A DNA stretch of 64,000 nt from contig NIVC01000558.1 in the NCBI GenBank assembly GCA_002269645.1, forward strand, positions 310,001 through 374,000. Reading direction: 5' to 3'. The notes under the pieces are model-generated. The model saw only the letters and a program-made list of their open reading frames with translations. It made no database searches and was not told the origin of the DNA. Below are positions 57,645-64,000 of the stretch, piece by piece (within the stretch, counting starts at the first letter, position 1; every line of letters begins with the position of its first letter). This DNA comes from Macrostomum lignano. Taxonomy: Eukaryota. A program made the position numbers and the translations under genes.

Positions 57645-58770
57645 TTGTACTAAAAATTAATGTATTGGTTCCCCGACAGACATTCAGACAGACATTCTGA
57701 AATCATTCAGTAAATGGCTCATTCCATATAAGATGGACATATTTGGAAAATAGAAAAAAGTCAATATTTTTGCTTGCCATTGCCTAATTAGCCTATTTTT
57801 TTACCAAATCTTTATATTGTGCAATATATACAATCTAAGAATAAAAGAATGGTAAAATGTTGGATTAGTATGTTATCAATTGGCAAAAAGTCATTTTTGT
57901 AAAAATTTGGACATTTTTCGAAGCAAAAGACATCATTAAGATTTTGTACCTTTTAAAAACAAATAGAAAGCTTTTGAAGGTTGAAACAAACTATAGATAA
58001 AAGTATAGTACTTGCATCATCAGATAAAATCATTGGTGACCAAATAATCTATTATATTTTTAATGTATTAGTACCTCAAAGTTACTGAATTGACAGAAAA
58101 AAATATGTTACGACCATAATGTTACGACCATAAGGCTGCCTTTTCTTTTGTATCTTTGTTGCCTTTTGAGTTTATATATTCTAATAAAAGAGTATAATTT
58201 CTAAAGATGTTCTTAGTCAAATTTTAAAAATGTATTGCAAAATATCAAAAATGAAAAATGTTATAAGACTTTTACCTTTTAGTTTCTATATGTCAAAAAT
58301 CCTGTCGTTACGACCATAAGTGTCATTTAAGGTTTAATAGCATCTATACTAATGATGATATCTATATGAAACTCTATAAATATATTCTAGACAAAATAAT
58401 CTTTCATTTAAAATATTGGTTTAGTATATTCTATTATTAGATTTCATTTTATAAGTAAAAATAACCTGTCATGTTACGACCATAATTATATGGAATGAGC
58501 CAAATGTTTAACAAAATTGTCTATTTACTACGCAAGATACTGTGTATTTATAGAAACTTTTATGCATGTCTCTGCTTTAACAAGACACAAAAGTCTTTGT
58601 GTGTGTCTGAGGTGTCTTTTTAAAGCAGAGACATGCGTAAAAGTTTCTATAAATTCACAGTATCTTGCGTAATAAATATACAATTTTATTAAACATTTAC
58701 TGTACAATTTCTGAATGTCTGTCTGAATGTCTGTCAGGAAACCAATACATTAAAAATTATACTAAAAAAA
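57645..58770. mobile_element. Foldback (near-palindromic) element of about 340 bp, split by the 786-bp MITE
   Basis: Left arm 57645-57715 plus 58502-58585 is the imperfect reverse complement of 58613-58770. Confidence 0.8.
57716..58501. mobile_element. Second 786-bp MITE copy, inverted relative to 16943-17728, TSD AAAT
   Basis: TIR GGCTCATTCCATATAA at both ends; same length and near identity to copy 1. Confidence 0.92.
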
Positions 58771-60571
58771 CTTGTACACTTTTATGTAGCATAATGCATA
58801 TTGTTAAAAACTTGCATACAAACTTTGTGCAAGGAAAAAATTGTAAGTTAGTATCCATTATTTAAAAAGCCTTATATTCCTTTTGTGACATGCAGAACAA
58901 AGTTTTTGCATAGAAAAGGCAATTTGCTTCCTAAAAAGGTCCTTTATTATCAAATTCACAAAAGGTTATTTATTTTTTTAAACTGAAAAAGATCATTTGA
59001 CTAGTATATTGTTGTGATACTATAGTCAGGATCATGGTATGCCTGAACCAGAACAAATTATAAAAAAAGTTTGCTTGCACTATGTGCCAGAAAAATCCTA
59101 TAAAAAGTGTGCTTATGCCATGCAGTAGAATTATTCCAATGTTATTAGAGCCAAGCAATGATAGGATGGCAGCCATATCCATGACAGAAATATCAGAAAT
59201 AACAGTGGTGTTGTACTTCACCTTTCCAACAAAGGCCACAAGGCTGTCATGCTCTTGGCCTCTATATCAGCATGATCCCAAGCGTGCCAGTCGATGTCTA
59301 TAGACTTGCCAGTCACAAGCCAGCTGTCAAGTAGCGGCACTCCCTTGAAGATATCATGGGGAACAATTGAATTGTAGCACTCCTGCAGTTAAAAGTAATC
59401 TTCAAGATGGAAGCCATTTGATCTGGCCAGGAGATGCTTTACACTAGGAATAGGGTAATTCTCAAACTTAATTTTTATATTCACATGTACACTATAATCA
59501 GCACACATTCTGAGTATCCATTCTTCACCCATACAACCAGAGAGAAGTTGCTTACCAGGCCATCCATAGGCTCAATCACACCAAGTTGTTGAAGTCTTTC
59601 TAGCTTAGTGTTCACCACAGACTAAGTCAAAGGTATTTAACAAAGAGTGATTAAACAATGATCAAGTGTTAGTAGCTAATATTTATCTTGAAAAACAAAA
59701 AAAACTTGTAAATAATAGACACTCAATACTTCATACTATGTATCAGTATAGTATATTAGTATAAGTGCCAGACATGGTATAATATTTATAGTATATAGGA
59801 TTAGCCCTATACCAGTATTTAATATTTTAGGCTTTTAATATTCTTGTTTGAATATTTAACTCATTGTGATCATAGAATAGTATTTAGCATATTTCATTTT
59901 TTGCATATGCTATATTGCTATGATAGTGCAGAAAATTCTAGTTTTTCGACTCTGTCCTAGTTAATCTATTTGACCTTCTTATTTATGATCCTTGTTGATA
60001 AGGCCCTAGTACCTTTAAGTGTCCCTTGGCATATTTTTGTTATACCCTTGATATAACTCTACATTTTTGTCCCAATATAATAAACAATAAGTTGGGAGAA
60101 CTAACTTAATTATCCCATTGCATATTTAAAAACCAAAAGTAGTCTAGATGAAAGTCTAGTGGTTACCTTCAAAGAATAAACCAAAACATATTGAGTGCTA
60201 GGACTAGTATTCTATTAGCACATTTTTCATTACAAACAAATGTCTTCTACATAGTCTCAACTAGTTTGATATTGAATTTAAGCCATATCTTCAAAAAATA
60301 AAAAGTTAAAGTAACAAATCTGCAATATAAAATTAACATTAAATTAAAATTAGCTATTAACTTAACTTTGTTATAAAAAGTGAATACCAATGAATTTTAA
60401 AGAATTTATCAGTAAAAAACAAATTTAATAATGCACTTTATTTATCAAAATTTAACTAATGCCCTATGATGCTGATAAATGAACTTGATTTTTTATATTT
60501 AAACTGTCCTTCATTCCTGACTTGAATTGCAAAGCCCTAACTCATTGACACATGGCTTCTCAACAATGCAG

Positions 60572-60785
60572 GTTGAAATGGGCATGAAAAATCATGAGTT
60601 TGTACCAGACAAATTGGCCAAAGCCATCTCAGGCCTGAGATGCTCAGATAGTGGCGTGCTCAAAATCTGTCGCGATCTCTGTCAAAGACGACTGCTCAGT
60701 CATGTTGATGCTGGCTACAGATTGACGGTTGCTGGATACGACTGTCTGGCTCTGAAGGCGCTGGTTAACTCTGGAAAGCTGACAG
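60572..60785 (+). CDS. RIOK2: RIO kinase 2 exon 2
   Basis: VEMGMKNHEFVP...GYRLTVAGYDCLALKAL; GCAG| and G|GTATGT. Confidence 0.93.
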
Positions 60786-60799
60786 GTATGTTTTGGAAT

Positions 60800-61195
60800 C
60801 TCGAGGGTAAGAATCGTGAGGTTCTGGGGGGTAAGAATCGTGAGATTCTGGGGGTAAGAATCGTGAGATTCTGGGGGTAAGAATCGTGAGATTCTGGGGG
60901 TAAGAATCGTGAGAAGATTCTGGGGGTAAGCATCGTGAGATTCTGGGGGTAAGAATCGTGAGATTCTGGGGGTAAGAATCGTGAGATTCTGGGGGTAAGA
61001 ATCGTGAGATTCTGGGGGTAAGAATCGTGAGATTCTGAGGGTAAGAGTCGTGAGATTCTGGGGGTAAGCATCGTGAGATTCTGGGGGTAAGAATCGTGAG
61101 ATTCTGGGGGTAAGAATCGTGAGATTCTGGGGGTAAGAATCGTGAGATTCTGGGGGTAAGAATCGTGAGAAGATTCTGGGTGTAAGACTCGTGAG
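60800..61195. repeat. 23-bp minisatellite (GAGATTCTGGGGGTAAGAATCGT) in RIOK2 intron 2
   Basis: About 17 copies. Confidence 0.95.
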
Positions 61196-61243
61196 ATCCC
61201 AAAATGATGATTATTCAGCATCTCCCGCATTCTTCATCAACAG

Positions 61244-61699
61244 GTATCGGCAGTCAGATTGGTGTTGGCAAAGAAAGCGATGTCTACTTGGCCTGCGATG
61301 CCGATGGCGGCGAAGTGTGCGTGAAGTTGCACCGACTTGGTCGAACGTCTTTCCGTCAGTTGAAGAACAAGCGCGACTATATTGGTGCCCGACGTCACTT
61401 CAACTGGCTCTACGTGAGCAGACTATCAGCTGAGAGAGAGTTCGCCTTCCTGCAGGCTCTGCACTCCGAAGGCCTGCCAGTGCCGAAGCCGCATGGTCAC
61501 AATCGACACGCTGTTGTCATGGAATTTGTCACCAATGCCAGTCCGCTGAATAGCGTGTCCAGCGACCATCCTGATGCGGAGTCCCTGTACCTGCAGTGCC
61601 GGGCTGGACTGGAGCGACTGGCGGAGCTGGGGCTGGTGCATGGCGATTATAATGAGTTCAATCTGCTGGTGCAGGAGCCGAGCGATAAAGGGCCTGATG
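61244..61699 (+). CDS. RIOK2: RIO kinase 2 exon 3
   Basis: IGVGKESDVY, KLHRLGRTSFR, NRHAVVME, HGDYNEFNLL. Confidence 0.95.
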
Positions 61700-61719
61700 G
61701 TTGGTGTCTCTGAGTTTAG

Positions 61720-62200
61720 GGATTTTGGAGCTTTTGGGTTTGTTTTAGGATCAGTTGCGATTGCTTTGGGATCGGTTAGGATGTTTTAGGATCCATTAGG
61801 AATTTTGGGATCTTTCCGAAGTGTTTTAAGATCCTAAGGATTTTTCGGGATCTTAGGGATTTGTTTTTGGGATCTTAGGGATTTGTTTGGTATCTTAGAG
61901 ATTTGTTTGGGATCTTAGGGATTACTTTGGGATCTTAGGGATTTGTTTTGGGATCTTGGGGATTTGTTTTGGGATCTTAGGGATTTGTTTGTGATCTTTT
62001 TGGATTTGTTTTGGGATCTTAGGGATTTGTTTTGGGATCTTAGGGACTTGTTTGCGATCTTATGGATTTGTTTGGGATCTTTGGGATTTGTTTGGGATCT
62101 TGAGGATTAGTTTGGGATCTTTAGGATTTGTTTGGAATCTTTGGGATTTGTTTGGGATCTTAGGGGACTGCTTTACGATTCCGGGAAATTTTTTGGAGCT
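61720..62200. repeat. About 20-bp minisatellite (GGGATCTTAGGGATTTGTTT) in RIOK2 intron 3
   Basis: Imperfect tandem copies. Confidence 0.92.
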
Positions 62201-62327
62201 TTTTGGGGATCCAAGGGGTTTTTTGGTATGTTTAAACTTATTTTGGCTTTAGGTTTTTCCTGTATCTCACATCTTTTCGGGAATGTTTTGCATTGTTTCA
62301 TCACCCGTGGCCAACAATTTTTCGCAG

Positions 62328-62566
62328 GCAAACCGCTCGTGCGCATCATCGACCTGCCGCAGTGCATCTCGCGGCGGCACCCACAGGCTGTTGAGCAGTA
62401 CAACAGGGACGCCGGCTGTCTGGTGACCTTCTTCCTGCGCAAGTTCGAGCAGTTGCGTCACGGCTGGCTGCAGGAGCGCGAGCCAACTCGCCTGTCAGAC
62501 ATCGCCCGGGATGCCCGGGGGGTCCGGCTGGACGAGAAACTGAAAGCATCCGGTTACAGAGCTGGG
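62328..62566 (+). CDS. RIOK2: RIO kinase 2 exon 4
   Basis: RIIDLPQCISRRHPQAVEQYNRD...ASGY; GCAG| and |GTGAGC. Confidence 0.92.
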
Positions 62567-62579
62567 GTGAGCTCAAGAC

Positions 62580-63500
62580 AAAATCCCATCGTGATCCCAA
62601 AGTCTAGAATTCCCATTATGATTTGATAGATAGAATCCCCATCATGATTCCAAATCTAGAATCCCCATCATGATCCCAAATCTAAAATCCCCATCGTGAT
62701 CCCCAATATAGAATCCCCATCATGATCCCAAATATAGAATCCCCATCATGATCCCAAATATAGAATCACCATCATGATCCCAAATATAGAATCCCCATCA
62801 TGATCCCAAATATAGAATCCCCATCATGATCCCAAATCTAGAATCCCGATCATGATCCCAATCTAGAATCCCGATCATTATCCCCAAATCTAGAGTCCCC
62901 ATCATGATCCCCAAATCTAGAATCCCCACCATTATCCCAAATCTAGAATCCCCATCATTATGATCCCAAATATAGAATCCCCATTATGATCCCAATCTAG
63001 AATCCCCATCATGATCCCCAATCTAGAATCCTTATCATTATCCCCAAATCTAGAGTCCCCATCATGATCCCCAAATCTAGAATCACCACCATTATCCCAA
63101 ATCTAGAATCCCCATCATTATGATCCCAAATCTAGAATCCCCATTATGATCCCCAAGTCTAGAATCCCCATCATGATTCCAAATCTAGAATCCCCATCAT
63201 AATCCCAATCTAGAATCCTTGTCATTATCCCCAAATCTAGAATCCCCACCATTATCCCAAATCTAGAATCCCCATCATTATGATCCCAAATCTAGAATCC
63301 CCAATATGATCCCCAAGTCTAGAATCCCCATCATTATGATCCCAAATCTAGAATCCCCAATATGATCCCAAATCTAGAATCCCCAATATGATCCCCAATC
63401 TAGAATCCCCATCGTGATCCCCAATCTAGAATCCCCACCATTATCCCAAATCTAGAATCCCCATCGTGATCCCCAATCCAGAATCCCCATCGTGATCCCA
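62580..63500. repeat. About 26-bp minisatellite (ATCCCAAATCTAGAATCCCCATCATG) in RIOK2 intron 4
   Basis: Imperfect tandem copies. Confidence 0.93.
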
Positions 63501-63529
63501 ATGATAGATCCTATCACCATCCTTTTAAG

Positions 63530-63970
63530 GACGTGGTTGCTGAGGAAGAGGAGGATTCAAACGAAGACTCAGACTCGACAGCTAATGAGGATTTCGATGA
63601 AGCCGCTAAGGCTAAGGAAGCTGGAGCAACAGCAAATTCTGATGCAGACAAACCCGGCGAAGAAGGAGAAGATAAAGATGAAGACGTCTCAGACTCCGAT
63701 GCAGACTCGAACAGCGAGGAGTCAGGCGAGTCGGCAGAAGACTCAGAAGCTGCAGGTGCTGTTGGAGCAGCAGGTGCCAAATCCACTGGGAAAAGTTCTC
63801 GTCGATCCAAACCTCCCGACGACCCATCGACCGCCAGGCGCCGGGTGCGCGCTGAGCGCCAGCGCGAGATGCGCCGGGCCGGTCTGCGCGCTGGCAGACG
63901 CGCAGCTAAGCGCGAACGAACGGCGCGCGATCGGCGAGACATGCACGAAGAGCTGACGACCTGGGGCTGA
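63530..63970 (+). CDS. RIOK2: RIO kinase 2 exon 5 (acidic then basic tail)
   Basis: TTTTAAG| DVVAEEEEDS...RRDMHEELTTWG-stop; five exons join in frame to 471 aa. Confidence 0.85.
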   Translation, partial: DVVAEEEEDSNEDSDSTANEDFDEAAKAKEAGATANSDADKPGEEGEDKDEDVSDSDADSNSEESGESAEDSEAAGAVGAAGAKSTGKSSRRSKPPDDPSTARRRVRAERQREMRRAGLRAGRRAAKRERTARDRRDMHEELTTWG

Positions 63971-64000
63971 TTTGAAGTTTTCTCCTGGTTGAAGGTTGAA

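Overview
Eukaryotic (metazoan) genomic DNA with GC-rich exons, AT-rich introns and very dense mini/microsatellites; the gene set and style suggest a ciliated invertebrate such as the flatworm Macrostomum (inference only). Genes reconstructed by hand from splice signals: (1) an intronless minus-strand ankyrin-repeat ORF (ATG 1836, running off the left edge, absent from the supplied ORF track) built from near-identical 210-bp/70-aa double-ankyrin modules whose differences cluster at the binding-surface codons; (2) a three-exon vasopressin/oxytocin-type precursor (CFMENCAPG-amide plus 14-Cys neurophysin); (3) a DEK-C + SWIB gene; (4) CFAP221/PCDP1 (6 exons, minus); (5) a three-exon class A peptide-type GPCR enclosed by a pair of ~65-bp inverted repeats; (6) RIOK2 (5 exons). 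Mobile DNA: an internally deleted Ngaro-type tyrosine-recombinase retrotransposon with a 65-bp hairpin MITE in its catalytic Tyr codon, a full-length APE-RT-RNaseH LINE with an 11-bp TSD, three CORE-like tRNA SINEs, a Tc1 remnant and several nested MITEs. The best candidate for an undescribed system is the DARPin-like hypervariable ankyrin array; the TIR-bracketed GPCR and the atypical nonapeptide come next.
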